IMG/VR virus record: IMGVR_UViG_3300048999_000021
Coordinates: 1 to 52,393 of that record
Reading direction: 5' to 3' (one strand)
Source of the DNA: a virus
Lineage: Duplodnaviria > Caudoviricetes
DNA: 52,393 bases
The first letter of the stretch is position 1. Each line of letters begins with the position of its first letter. This document shows, piece after piece, positions 1 to 9,636 of the stretch. The translations under genes were made by a program, and so were the position numbers. The notes under the pieces were generated by a model, which worked only from the letters and a program-made list of their open reading frames with translations, was not told where the DNA came from and did no database searches.

Positions 1-127
1 TCTGCCTCTTGGCCGCCGAACTTCGTGAAGTTGTAGGCCATCGGCTCCACATCTTCATCCGGATTGAATCCCATGTCTTTACTCCTCTATCCGTCCCTGG
101 CTGATTTGTTAGTTGTGGTTCGCCGTG
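1..127. repeat. Exact terminal overlap (1-127 = 52267-52393); circular assembly of a complete phage genome
   Basis: The first 127 nt are identical to the last 127 nt, and the overlap falls across the MTP end and chaperone start. 127 is a common assembler k-mer size. Confidence 0.95.
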
Positions 128-999
128 ATCTCCACAATCTGGATCGCCGACAGGTCGCACACCGAGGTGAATGTGACCGGGATGAGACGCTGCTGAGCGG
201 CCCGACGGAAGTTCGTCCCGACGTTCGCGGCGACGGTCATGCTCGGCACGTAGTACCGACGAGGCATACCCTTCTGGTTCTTGGTCTCCAGGACAGCGGC
301 GACACGCGGCAGGCTGTTCTGCAGCGTGAGCGTCGTCTTGCCAAAGAGAAGGGTGGTCGGGGCCTGTACCGTCTTGACCGCCGAAAGCGCCAGCAGCCAA
401 TTCTCCACAGTGTCCTCGGACAGGTTTGCCACGAACGTAAGCACCGCATCCGTCACCTGAGAGTCAACCGGAGTCGGCTGCTCCTCGATGTTGATGTTCT
501 GCACGTTCGGGTTGTAGTTGACCTGCCAGCCCTGCTCGGTCGCTCCGCTGGGGTTCCACGCGCTGACCGTGATGGCCGCGCCAGCCCCGCCAGTCAGCCC
601 GGTCAGCGTCGCTGTGACGCCCGACGCGTACTTGGCCAGCGGACCGCTCAGCGTCACGACCCAGGGAGTAGCGACCGCGCCGGTGCCGGTGACCGAGACG
701 TACGGGGCCACCTGCGCCGTGGTCAGGCCCAGTAGCGTCGCACAGGCCGCCTCGACAGTGGACTCGACGACCGAGGCCGCAGCTCCGAACGCAATCGTGG
801 CGGTCGTCTGGCCGCCGATGGTCAGTGTGTAGCTGCCAGCCGTGTTGGTGCCGATCGTGACGGAGAAGCCGAGCCACGCAGTCGTGTCGAAGACGGTGAT
901 GCTGTCAGCGGGCAGCGGCGTGTTCTCCGGAGCGTACAGGCCAGCCGCCTGGCCGACGATGACGTTCTTGGAGTTGTAGAGATCTCCGATGCCGCTCAC
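109..999 (-). CDS. Major tail (tube) protein with an inserted Thr/Gly-rich domain
   Basis: 296 aa, between the tail terminator and the tail assembly chaperone. It has GATEQG-W and IEEQ-type tail tube motifs and a central TLTIGGQTT...PWVVT insert. Confidence 0.85.
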   Translation of the reverse strand: MSGIGDLYNSKNVIVGQAAGLYAPENTPLPADSITVFDTTAWLGFSVTIGTNTAGSYTLTIGGQTTATIAFGAAASVVESTVEAACATLLGLTTAQVAPYVSVTGTGAVATPWVVTLSGPLAKYASGVTATLTGLTGGAGAAITVSAWNPSGATEQGWQVNYNPNVQNINIEEQPTPVDSQVTDAVLTFVANLSEDTVENWLLALSAVKTVQAPTTLLFGKTTLTLQNSLPRVAAVLETKNQKGMPRRYYVPSMTVAANVGTNFRRAAQQRLIPVTFTSVCDLSAIQIVEITANHN

Positions 1000-1304
1000 T
1001 TCGCCTCCTCTGCATCATCGCGCGTGATGACAACCCCGACTGAGGCCGCCAGCTCGATCAGGTCATCCGCCTCGTCCGATGGCACCTTCACGCCATCGGC
1101 GGTGACCAGGATGCTCTGCTGGACTTGGACGATGTTGCCATCCTCGTCCATCGAGTCGACCGGGTGCGTCGTGTGAAATTGGAGCGGGTTGATGCTGTTG
1201 AGCTGCTGCACTCGAACAACCACCAGATCCGGCTCAGCCTTGGTGTCCGGCTTGGCCTTCTGCGTGGTGCGTTCCGGCGCAGCAGCTGGAGTGCTGTCGG
1301 TCAT
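996..1304 (-). CDS. Hypothetical protein in the neck/tail operon
   Basis: AAGGGA RBS precedes ATG 1304; the stop overlaps the MTP start (GTGA). Confidence 0.65.
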   Translation of the reverse strand: MTDSTPAAAPERTTQKAKPDTKAEPDLVVVRVQQLNSINPLQFHTTHPVDSMDEDGNIVQVQQSILVTADGVKVPSDEADDLIELAASVGVVITRDDAEEAK

Positions 1305-1321
1305 GCCGGTTCCCTTCTCTC

Positions 1322-1741
1322 TCATATCCCTGATGCGGATTGGACAATGTAGGAACAGTTGAAGCGATACCGGGAGGCCACGTCGTGCTCGACTAGGGCC
1401 GGCCCTCCGCCCGCTCGATTGATGAAGTTGACCCAGGTCCCGTTGACGTCTTGGGATGAGTCGACCCGGTTCCAGATCCGATCGATGGCGGTGGCCATGT
1501 CATAAGCGTCATCGAAGTTGTTCTGCTCCCCGAGCACGTCGAGCATCCAGCCCTGGTTGTCGAACATCTTCTCCGTCGTCATCGGCCCGCCCGACCATGG
1601 CGCCATCAGCACGATCCGGCCGGGGAAGCGCTGCGCGCTGTCCGGGTCGTACGGACCGACATCGAACGGGGGCAGGTCGATGATCCCCTCACCCTCTAGC
1701 AGTTCAAGGGTGTAGTCGCGGAGCGTCGCGAACGCGATCAC
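1322..1741 (-). CDS. Tail terminator / minor capsid-type neck protein
   Basis: 139 aa, canonical position before the MTP; C-terminal RYRFNCSY pattern. Confidence 0.7.
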   Translation of the reverse strand: MIAFATLRDYTLELLEGEGIIDLPPFDVGPYDPDSAQRFPGRIVLMAPWSGGPMTTEKMFDNQGWMLDVLGEQNNFDDAYDMATAIDRIWNRVDSSQDVNGTWVNFINRAGGGPALVEHDVASRYRFNCSYIVQSASGI

Positions 1742-2172
1742 AGCGCACTCCCGCCGGATGGGGCGGCTGGCGGCCGGTCGTACACAACCACGCCATCGTC
1801 AAGGACCTGCGGGTGGGTTGAGCCACGGAGAACCCCGGTCTTGACCGGAGCGAGCTCTGAGTAGCGTCGCGCGATCGCTTCTGCGTTGTCCTCGGCTGCC
1901 GAGATGATGTCAGAACCGCTCTCGGTGATCAGCCCCTCCGCCAGGCGCCGCATGTAGTCGTCAGCGTGGGGGATGACGGAGTCGCGCATGGCGTGCGTCT
2001 GACCGCCTCCGGGGTGGTTGCGGATGGCATGGCCGGCGAGTGGGCCAGTCTCCCAGTAGCCTCGCTCTTGCGGTATGGCATACGGCTGAGCGACTTCAAC
2101 GCGGGACACCAGCGGACCTTCGCCAACGGCAGCGATCAGCTCGTTGACTCGGCTCTCGTATTCAGAAGCCAT
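1738..2172 (-). CDS. Neck protein (HK97 gp10-like tail completion)
   Basis: APVKTGVLRGS motif typical of gp10-like proteins; position in the neck module. Confidence 0.65.
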   Translation of the reverse strand: MASEYESRVNELIAAVGEGPLVSRVEVAQPYAIPQERGYWETGPLAGHAIRNHPGGGQTHAMRDSVIPHADDYMRRLAEGLITESGSDIISAAEDNAEAIARRYSELAPVKTGVLRGSTHPQVLDDGVVVYDRPPAAPSGGSAL

Positions 2173-2674
2173 AGCGGTCCGTCCGATCCCAGCCGAATCG
2201 AGCCGGACGTAGATCGAAGTCGCGGATGCCGAAGAGGTCGCCGATGTAGGGATTGATCGGGTCGCCGGCTCCTGCCGTTGAATCGTCGCTCACATTCGGC
2301 GGGATGTCGAGAGTGGCCTGGCCCCTTGACACCGCTATCAGCAGCGCCATCGCGTCGGCGAACCGGCGATACACCGGGTTGTTATCGCTCATGTCCTGCG
2401 AACCCCGGTACGTCAGCGTGGCCAGGTAGGCCGCGAGGTCCCGGGACAGGAAGGCGATGACGTTGGAGTATGTCAGCGGATTAGCATTCGGATCGAGCGG
2501 GCCGACCGGCGTGACATACCGGCCGCCGATGTAGGAATCGATCCGCGAATCAGCCTGGGCAATTGCATCTTCAAGCTGCTCGTCGGTGAACTCGGCGGCC
2601 GATCCACGGCCTGTGGCCAGATTGGGAGCAGGGGCGAGGGCTGAGCGTACTTCCGCCACCGTCGAGTAGCCCAT
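2162..2674 (-). CDS. Head-to-tail adaptor (Mu gp36/DUF1320-like)
   Basis: MGYSTVAEVR...IAQADSRIDSYIGGRYVTP...DLAAY...RFADAMALL, typical of gp36-like adaptors. Confidence 0.85.
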   Translation of the reverse strand: MGYSTVAEVRSALAPAPNLATGRGSAAEFTDEQLEDAIAQADSRIDSYIGGRYVTPVGPLDPNANPLTYSNVIAFLSRDLAAYLATLTYRGSQDMSDNNPVYRRFADAMALLIAVSRGQATLDIPPNVSDDSTAGAGDPINPYIGDLFGIRDFDLRPARFGWDRTDRYGF

Positions 2675-2697
2675 AACTCACCCCTGCTCCGCCCGAG

Positions 2698-3135
2698 TCA
2701 GTGAGACTCGGGGATGGACGGACCGGCAGCCTCGGGCACGTTCCCCACGCCAGGAACGTTGCTGGCGTCCGCCTCGTTGGCCTCGTCGTCCGCTTCCAGG
2801 ACCGCCACGAGATCAGCCTTGACACCGGCAGTCGACAACAGCTCTTCGTCGTCTCCCTTGGCGTCGTTACGCCGTCCGATCTCTTCCTTCAGCTGCGCCA
2901 CGGTCCACGCCTCGTACGGCGCTTCATCGTCCTCTTCGTCGTCCGCCACGGCCGCATCCTCAGCGGGCACGGGACGGATGGCGCCGAGCTCCAGCAGCCG
3001 GTCCACGTCGGAATACTGAAGATCTTCCGGCGTGAGGACTTCGCCCTTGCGATGGTCCTGCCACTTTCGGTTGACCTTGTCCTCGGGGCTGTGGTGAAGC
3101 CCCACACCTGCCACGACAACGACATGATCACCCAT
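2698..3135 (-). CDS. Acidic protein with SAP/HeH-like motif downstream of the capsid gene
   Basis: GGAGG RBS. RLLELGAI motif plus WTVAQLKEEI...GVKADLVAVLE (SAP-like helix-extension-helix). Confidence 0.65.
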   Translation of the reverse strand: MGDHVVVVAGVGLHHSPEDKVNRKWQDHRKGEVLTPEDLQYSDVDRLLELGAIRPVPAEDAAVADDEEDDEAPYEAWTVAQLKEEIGRRNDAKGDDEELLSTAGVKADLVAVLEADDEANEADASNVPGVGNVPEAAGPSIPESH

Positions 3136-3136
3136 T

Positions 3137-3367
3137 TTACACCTCCGTGAATGCAACGTTGTATGTCTTCGATGGATCGAAGGTGAGCGGGGACAATACC
3201 CCGGACAGATTCGTGTTCTGCTCGACCGTGAGCACCAAAGAGGCGCTTTCTATCGCGGCTGCTGCCAACACAGAGTTCTGGTGGTCCACATTGGTGCCCA
3301 TCAGATCGGCAGAGTACTTCCTCAGCCTTACTCCATTGGCTGAGAGCACTATGTCGCCGCTAGCCAT
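3137..3367 (-). CDS. Small hypothetical protein coupled to the capsid gene
   Basis: ATG overlaps the MCP stop (TGATG); 76 aa. Confidence 0.6.
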   Translation of the reverse strand: MASGDIVLSANGVRLRKYSADLMGTNVDHQNSVLAAAAIESASLVLTVEQNTNLSGVLSPLTFDPSKTYNVAFTEV

Positions 3368-4278
3368 CAGACGCCCGTGATGATGCAAGCCGACAGAGGC
3401 TGGTCGATGAAGATGGCTGACGCCCGGGTGGTGTCCGAGCGCCAGGTCTCAGTGGGCTGGTGTTCGTAGAGGTTGGTCGACCGCAGCGGGCGCTTGTCGG
3501 ACACGCCACCGATGGTCTTGCGCTCCAGTAGCAGCGCCTTCCCGGTCGGCATCCGCCAGGACGTCACGATGTCGAGGTCAAGGAACTTGTTCGGGAGCTT
3601 CCCTGTGTACTGCAGGTTCTCTGAGGCAAGGTTCCCGCCCAGATACACCTTCGCCACGTCATCCGAGTTGAGGAAGTCGTACTTGGAGCCGGTCCCGATG
3701 ATCAAGGTGTCAGCGTTGAATCCGAACTTCTGGTTGCCAGCGGCATCTGCAGCTGCCAGCTCCACAGTCTTGCGAGCTGCATTGAGATCCTTGCGGATGG
3801 TGGTGCTGGTTGCCCAAGCGACACCGCCGGTGACAGCCTGCGTCGGCACGGCCGGGTTCGCGAACACGGCTGCCAGGAAAGCATCCTCCCAGTCCCGGCG
3901 GAACGTGTTGCGGATCTGGATCATGCGAGTGTTGACCGCGTCGAAGTTCTCCTCATCGATCATGTCCTGGGAGATCTTCAGCGCCATACCACGCCGGACG
4001 GCGCGAACGGTTCGGGGAATGCCGAGCGAGCTCGACACAACCGGGATCTCGCCGAACTCCTCGACGACCGACGACGCGTCATCCGCGAACAGCGGCGTGC
4101 TCTCGTTGTACACGATCACGCCGGACGGAGCGGGCGGCCCAGGACGCAAGATCGCGTCCACAAGGAACATCTGATCCATCATGTTGAGGATGCGAGCTGG
4201 GACCAACGCTGGCTGCTTAACCAGAGTGGACACCAGCATACGCTGGCCGTCAACCTTGCTGATGAAAGGCACAGGCAT
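3367..4278 (-). CDS. Major capsid protein (HK97 fold)
   Basis: 303 aa, AGGAG RBS. VEEFGEIP, GMALKISQDM and IFIDQPLSACIITGV match actinophage MCPs; it follows the protease/scaffold and decoration genes. Confidence 0.9.
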   Translation of the reverse strand: MPVPFISKVDGQRMLVSTLVKQPALVPARILNMMDQMFLVDAILRPGPPAPSGVIVYNESTPLFADDASSVVEEFGEIPVVSSSLGIPRTVRAVRRGMALKISQDMIDEENFDAVNTRMIQIRNTFRRDWEDAFLAAVFANPAVPTQAVTGGVAWATSTTIRKDLNAARKTVELAAADAAGNQKFGFNADTLIIGTGSKYDFLNSDDVAKVYLGGNLASENLQYTGKLPNKFLDLDIVTSWRMPTGKALLLERKTIGGVSDKRPLRSTNLYEHQPTETWRSDTTRASAIFIDQPLSACIITGV

Positions 4279-4296
4279 GTCAGTACTCCTTTCTGG

Positions 4297-4767
4297 TTAG
4301 AGGACGTTGATCCAGGCCTTGCCAGTGGCGCCGCCTGATACTCCGGCCTGCTCCTGGCAAGATCCAATGATCGCTTCGACGCTGTCAGTGCCTCGCACCC
4401 ACAGCGCAACCTGGCCAGCTGCGGCCGCCTTGATCTTGTCCCCGTAGGCGCAGGCGTTGTTGTACGTGACCGTCCACTCGCCACGCTTGCCGACAGCCAC
4501 GGCCTCGCTCGGGACCGCCACGTTCAGCGACGGGTATCCATCGCCCGACGTGAACGACTGGAGACCAGCCTGGTTCGCGTTCGCCACGGCATCCTTCGTC
4601 GCGACGCCAGCGACCTTCAGCGAGGTCAGCGTGCTGAGCTGTACAAGCGACAGCCCCGGCTGGGTTGGGGTGCCGGCCACGTACTCAACGATCTGGCCAG
4701 CCTTGATGTTGACCGAGGCCTCGTACGTCTTTGGCCCAGTCTCGAACTTCGGGAGTGCACCTGCCAT
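4297..4767 (-). CDS. Capsid decoration/cement protein (DUF2190-like)
   Basis: 156 aa directly before the MCP; AGVATKDA, GDKIKAAAAG and IIGSC motifs. Confidence 0.75.
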   Translation of the reverse strand: MAGALPKFETGPKTYEASVNIKAGQIVEYVAGTPTQPGLSLVQLSTLTSLKVAGVATKDAVANANQAGLQSFTSGDGYPSLNVAVPSEAVAVGKRGEWTVTYNNACAYGDKIKAAAAGQVALWVRGTDSVEAIIGSCQEQAGVSGGATGKAWINVL

Positions 4768-4803
4768 TCCCTCGTTCCTTTCTTGAGTGGAGTAGGACTG
4801 GGC

Positions 4804-5997
4804 CTACTTGGAGGGGTACTGCTCTTCCCATGTATCGAGGGCAGCCTGGTCCTTGGCCTGCTCCTGCTCGTTGTCGGACGGCACCTCGCCGAAGCCGCGC
4901 TGCACGCCGCTCGCGTCGATCAGGCCCTTGAGGGTGTCGAGGATTTTGCGCATCTGCGCCGATCCGTCGAGACTCTTCCCGTTGGACAGATCGATCATCT
5001 TCGGGTCAACCGTGTGGAGGTACGGCTCGGCCAGATCCACGATCACCTTGGGCACGCCGGCTCGGGCGTACTCCTTCGACTCCACAGCCCAGTCCTTGTC
5101 GGCTGCAGCGGCGAGGGCTCGGTTGGCGCGCTGCTCGGCGTTCGACGCCCGGGTGTTCGCGAGGTCGATCATCTTCTGGGCGCGGGACGACAGCTCGGCT
5201 GGCGCAGCCTCGGCAGTCGCTCCGTCGCCCGGGTCCTCCTCATCACCGATCTCGTCCTCGTCGTCGCTGTCGTCGTCCTCGTCGTCGGAGTCCAGCTCGT
5301 TGTCGACCTCTTCGGCAAATTGCGCCAAGATCGCGTCCAGCTGCTCGTCGGTCAGGTCGTCAGTCGCGACACCGGAGAGGTCCACCTCATCCTCTGCCGT
5401 GTGGTTGCGCTTTGGCATCTTCGTTCCTTTCCAATTGACAGAGGTCAAGTCGATCGTGTCAGATTCCGGAGTGTACCCGGACAGGTCCACTCGCTCCCAT
5501 GGCTTCATTCCGTTGATCTGCGGGTCCATCGTTCCGCAGACATGCACTAGCGCAGCGTCGAAATGCTCTCCGTCGCTACGCGTGTAGTCCTCTTTGATAC
5601 GGACGCTGACGCCGAGCTCCGGATTGTCCAGGACGGCCTGCGCAGCGCGCTTTGAGGGGAAACTCAGTTCAGCGTAGACGCCCGGCTCCTCGCCATCGAT
5701 GGCCTCCCCAACTCGCTCGATCTTCCCTCGGAACTGCTCCGGGTCCATCGAATGCGAATTGTCATCCTTGGCGAGCACGAAAGGGACCGCGTCGAACGCC
5801 TTGGAATTGAAGGACTCGATGACGCGGGTGTTGTACTCGCGGTCGAAGTTGATCTGACGCTGTTTGCCTTCGCTGTCGGTGTAGGTGATCTCGCGCTCGG
5901 GCAGGATCTGCTTCCGGAACTTGAACCCCCGAGATAGCAGCCCTCCCTTGCGCGTGGCCGGCTTCGCCAGGACAGGCGTGAGAACGTCGCGCGCCAT
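4804..5997 (-). CDS. Capsid maturation protease-scaffold fusion
   Basis: N-terminal DNSH...GVSVRI...HVCGTMDP protease-like motifs and an acidic coiled-coil C-terminus. Confidence 0.8.
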   Translation of the reverse strand: MARDVLTPVLAKPATRKGGLLSRGFKFRKQILPEREITYTDSEGKQRQINFDREYNTRVIESFNSKAFDAVPFVLAKDDNSHSMDPEQFRGKIERVGEAIDGEEPGVYAELSFPSKRAAQAVLDNPELGVSVRIKEDYTRSDGEHFDAALVHVCGTMDPQINGMKPWERVDLSGYTPESDTIDLTSVNWKGTKMPKRNHTAEDEVDLSGVATDDLTDEQLDAILAQFAEEVDNELDSDDEDDDSDDEDEIGDEEDPGDGATAEAAPAELSSRAQKMIDLANTRASNAEQRANRALAAAADKDWAVESKEYARAGVPKVIVDLAEPYLHTVDPKMIDLSNGKSLDGSAQMRKILDTLKGLIDASGVQRGFGEVPSDNEQEQAKDQAALDTWEEQYPSK

Positions 5998-6506
5998 CAG
6001 ACAGCCTTCCTGACTCGCGAACGCTTGGCCAACGCCGGGAACTTACGGGACACAGCCGCCAGCACCATCCGCTTCTCCTCGGGCGTGCCGTTCTGGGCGA
6101 CCCGGGATAGAGCGTTCTTGGCATGGGCGAGATCGTTGACCGGGTAGGAATCCGTGCCCGGATTACTGCCCTTGCCCTTCGGCACGGCAAAGCTCGACTT
6201 GGCCAGATTCTTGCGCTTGGCTGCTGTCAGCGTCGCCAGGTCGATTGCCTTGGACCCGTTCGCTACGCGCCAGTCTGCCTCAGCGATGACGGCGGACATG
6301 TTCAGCGCCCGGCGGATCTTGGCAACCTTGTTTGGGTTGCGACGCACGCGGCCCATCGCAATAGCAATCCGCTTCTTGCTTCGCCGGGGCGCAGTCTTTC
6401 CCTTGGGCGCTGGATTGGTCGATATCTTGGACCCGCCAACTGGCAGACGCGGCTTCCCGGGGAAGGCGCCGCGCGAGGGCGGTGGGTTGGTTGACGCCTG
6501 TCCCAT
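5997..6506 (-). CDS. Basic hypothetical protein (DUF6582-like C-terminus)
   Basis: LTAAKRKNLAKSSFAVP...SYPVNDLAHAKNALSRVAQ motif found in phage head modules. Confidence 0.65.
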   Translation of the reverse strand: MGQASTNPPPSRGAFPGKPRLPVGGSKISTNPAPKGKTAPRRSKKRIAIAMGRVRRNPNKVAKIRRALNMSAVIAEADWRVANGSKAIDLATLTAAKRKNLAKSSFAVPKGKGSNPGTDSYPVNDLAHAKNALSRVAQNGTPEEKRMVLAAVSRKFPALAKRSRVRKAV

Positions 6507-6535
6507 TGCTGCCTCCTGTGAGTTTGATGGAGATC

Positions 6536-6868
6536 CTACTTGGAGCGCCGTCCGCCTTTGTTCGGGATGGCGCGAGCCCGAGCTGCCTCAGCTCGGAATT
6601 CAGCAATTGCAGCGGCTGCGGCAGCCTGTACCTTTGGGGATACCTTCTGCCCCCGACCCGTGTGCCCCTCTGCAAAGTTCTTGACATACCCGACGGCTCG
6701 CCGAGTAGCTTCGCCCTCGGGCATACCGTCCTTCATCAGCCCATTGCGAACGATGCGGATATAGCGCGGAAGCTTCAAGCCCTTGATCCGGAACAACCCT
6801 GGCCCACCGGGCTTACCGAGCGTCTTGTCATTGCCCACTCGCCCGCCGGGCGTTATGACAGTGGCCAT
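6536..6868 (-). CDS. Basic hypothetical protein of the head module
   Basis: PGLF...LPRYIRIVRNGL...A..RAVG.VK.FA pattern; 110 aa. Confidence 0.6.
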   Translation of the reverse strand: MATVITPGGRVGNDKTLGKPGGPGLFRIKGLKLPRYIRIVRNGLMKDGMPEGEATRRAVGYVKNFAEGHTGRGQKVSPKVQAAAAAAIAEFRAEAARARAIPNKGGRRSK

Positions 6869-9628
6869 CTACGCCACCACCTGCACGTAGCCAGCGAGCT
6901 TGACAGCCTGCTCCCCGACGCTGCTTGTGATGAGCGTGTTCACGTACCAGGTTCCCTCCGAGGCAAACGGTCCGAGCCAGGCGAACCAATCGCCATCAGC
7001 ATCGACTACCGCCGACTGCCAGGTCGGGGACGCTGGGACCGCATCGACCGGGCCAACGATGTATTGCACATTTACGATCTCAGTGAGCTTGGGCACATCG
7101 ATCTCTAGCCCGATCAGCTCATGCGTGTCCTGCTTCATCGACTTCACCCCTAGCCGTATCTTCCAGCGCTGCCTACCGAACTGAGTTTCCCATCGTTCCA
7201 GGCCTAGATCTACGCGGGATAGCTCGATCCCGCCTCCGCCCGGATTGTAGGAGATGAATAGCGCGTCACCGGAACCGCTGAGATCTGTGATCGTCTGTGC
7301 AAAGAAGTTCGTGCCGCCCTGAGACAGGCTATCGGTAGATCCCGAGCCATCTGTCAGGGCCACGACGACGCTCGATGTAGCCGAGGCATTGTCCGTCGAG
7401 CTAGCGAGGTCTGTCAGCTGCCGTGAATACGCCTTGGACAGCGAGTCGACAGCCCCGGACGAGTCGGTGATCGTGATGTTGTACATGACAGATTGTGTAA
7501 CGCCATCCGTCGCCCCGGACGAGTCGGTGATGTTCTGCGAACCAGCGCCTGACGTCTGCTGCGATACAGCGTCGACTGATCCCGAGCTATCCACGATCGA
7601 GCGTGACACGGCCTCGGCCTGGGTGACAGCGTCCGTAGCCCCGCCGGAGTCCGTCACCGACCGTCCGGCCGACAGCGACTGTGTCAGCGCGTCACTCGCT
7701 CCCGAGGTGTCGGTGAAGGATTGCGAGATAGCTCCGCTGCCAGCTTGCGAGAACGGATCGGTAGCCCCCGAGGTGTCCGTTTCGGTCTCTGAGTAGGCCG
7801 CCGCATAGGTCTGGTCTTGGTCAGTAGCCCCGGAATCGTCCCCGAGAGTCCTTGTCCAGCCCTGGGACGCCACGAACGGATCGGTAGCCCCGCCTATGTC
7901 TGTCAGCGCGCGTACGGCTGCGGCAGCCTGCGCGGCTGGGTCGGTAGCGCCCGAGCCATCAACCGGGGATTGCACAAATGCTGAGGCAGAGCTGAGGAGG
8001 TCTACCGCGCCGGCTGAGTCAGTCATCGAGCGGCCTACGCTGATCGCTTGCGTCAGCGGATCTACCGCCCCAGCGAGGTCTGTCAGCGCCCGGGCTGCCG
8101 AGCTGACCTGGCTCGCGGCGTCTACTGCACCCGAGCCATCAGTGAAGGACTGCACATAGTCTGTGCCGCCGCTAGTGGTGGCCTCCAGGTCAACCCAGTA
8201 GTTCGCCGAGTTGAACGTTGACCCCGGGTAGGCAATAGAGGTTGCAGTGTTGAAGGTGTCCTGGCCATCATCCGATGACGGATTGTCAGGGGCGTGGATG
8301 ATCCCAGCGGTGATCCCGCCGGAGCCCGGGCCAGTCAGCCAGTACGCGCCCGTGGCCGAGTACCATGCCACGCCGGGGTTGGCGAATACAACGACCTTGT
8401 ACACGCCAGCGGCTACCGGGATAGGCGTTGCTAGAGTCACCTTGATCTCGCCGGTGGTAGCCCCGGGATTGGGGAATGCCTCGGGAGCTGCCAGGAGCGT
8501 CTGCGACAGGACGTCATAGAAGCCGACCTGTGAAGGGAACCCAGACGTGGAAGTGGCGCGCCACCAATACACCCCGGTCAGCGTGGCGGCCTGCGACAGG
8601 ACGAACTCCATGCCCATCGTGTAGGAACCGTTGTCGCCTGCATCTGATCCGGGTGCGCCGGCCGCTCCCATGCCACCCGGCCAGAGCCGGTAGGCGGTGC
8701 CTCCGCCCGGCGTGTAAGACTGCGACATCGAATCTGTAGCGCCTGATGCATCAATAATGGCACGGGCGGCTATCTGCGCCTGGGCCAGGACGTCTGTAGC
8801 GCCTGACGGGTCGGTTGGCTGCTGGCTGGCTGCAAGCGCCTGTGCCGGGCTATCGGTAGCGCCCGACAAGTCGATGACAGCGCGTGTGGCTGCGAGAGCC
8901 TGGACCGGAGCGTCCACTGCCCCGGACGTATCGATGACAGCTCGGATGGACGCTGCAACCTGCGCAAGTACCTCTGTAGGCCCTGACAGATCCGTGTTGG
9001 TCTGCGTGAAGTTAGAGGAGCTCACAGGCAGCAGCGCCCCGAGGAACGCCTTCATGCCGGCCGACCCGCCAGCGCAGGTGAATGTCTTGTTCCCTGTCGT
9101 GCCGGATGCAACGTTGTCAGCGGTGTCAAGCGTGGCGTCGGCGCCGGTGTCCTGCCGCTCCGTCAGGCCCGATGCAGGAGTCCACGCGCCGCCGGTGAAG
9201 TTCGTTGCCAAGCCTATGAGGTCATCCCCAGATGCGGCAGGGCTGATCGCGGTTGCGGTGATGTTCCCGGCGCCGGTCGTTTCGTTGGTGCTGGTCAGGT
9301 CGAACGGGTCACCCGACGCGACGCGGCCGGAGAACAGGCCGCATGCGGCTTCGCGCCACTGCGTCGGCGTGGCGATGCTGAACGAGTAGGTCCCGGAGTC
9401 GGCGGCGGTGAGGCGCTTCCAGAACACCACCAGCCCACCCACGGCGGATGGGGTCCCGGTCCGTAGGTCGACCTTCTGCGTGAAGCCCGCTGGCGGAGTG
9501 ATCGCGCCGGTGGACTCGGTGTAGATCCCGACGACCGCGATATCCCCAGACGCCGCCCCGGCCGGAACCGCGACCGCAGCCGTTGCGCTACTCGCGCCCG
9601 TCAGGTAGGTGGAGGACCGGTAGGCCAC
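6869..9628 (-). CDS. Large repeat-rich fibre/adhesin-like protein with a DUF4082-like domain (919 aa)
   Basis: The likely start is GTG 9628 after GGGGGAG; the ORF-track extension to 10027 overlaps the neighbouring gene. It has many DxSGAxD repeats and YTMGMEF...GVYWWR...SANYWVD (DUF4082-like). Confidence 0.75.
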   Translation of the reverse strand: MAYRSSTYLTGASSATAAVAVPAGAASGDIAVVGIYTESTGAITPPAGFTQKVDLRTGTPSAVGGLVVFWKRLTAADSGTYSFSIATPTQWREAACGLFSGRVASGDPFDLTSTNETTGAGNITATAISPAASGDDLIGLATNFTGGAWTPASGLTERQDTGADATLDTADNVASGTTGNKTFTCAGGSAGMKAFLGALLPVSSSNFTQTNTDLSGPTEVLAQVAASIRAVIDTSGAVDAPVQALAATRAVIDLSGATDSPAQALAASQQPTDPSGATDVLAQAQIAARAIIDASGATDSMSQSYTPGGGTAYRLWPGGMGAAGAPGSDAGDNGSYTMGMEFVLSQAATLTGVYWWRATSTSGFPSQVGFYDVLSQTLLAAPEAFPNPGATTGEIKVTLATPIPVAAGVYKVVVFANPGVAWYSATGAYWLTGPGSGGITAGIIHAPDNPSSDDGQDTFNTATSIAYPGSTFNSANYWVDLEATTSGGTDYVQSFTDGSGAVDAASQVSSAARALTDLAGAVDPLTQAISVGRSMTDSAGAVDLLSSASAFVQSPVDGSGATDPAAQAAAAVRALTDIGGATDPFVASQGWTRTLGDDSGATDQDQTYAAAYSETETDTSGATDPFSQAGSGAISQSFTDTSGASDALTQSLSAGRSVTDSGGATDAVTQAEAVSRSIVDSSGSVDAVSQQTSGAGSQNITDSSGATDGVTQSVMYNITITDSSGAVDSLSKAYSRQLTDLASSTDNASATSSVVVALTDGSGSTDSLSQGGTNFFAQTITDLSGSGDALFISYNPGGGGIELSRVDLGLERWETQFGRQRWKIRLGVKSMKQDTHELIGLEIDVPKLTEIVNVQYIVGPVDAVPASPTWQSAVVDADGDWFAWLGPFASEGTWYVNTLITSSVGEQAVKLAGYVQVVA

Positions 9629-9636
9629 TGCTCCCC

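Noticed and set aside
7260-9010. Repeats as a CRISPR array or DGR template/variable pair
   Set aside because: The repeats are protein-level and degenerate in DNA, and no reverse transcriptase is present.
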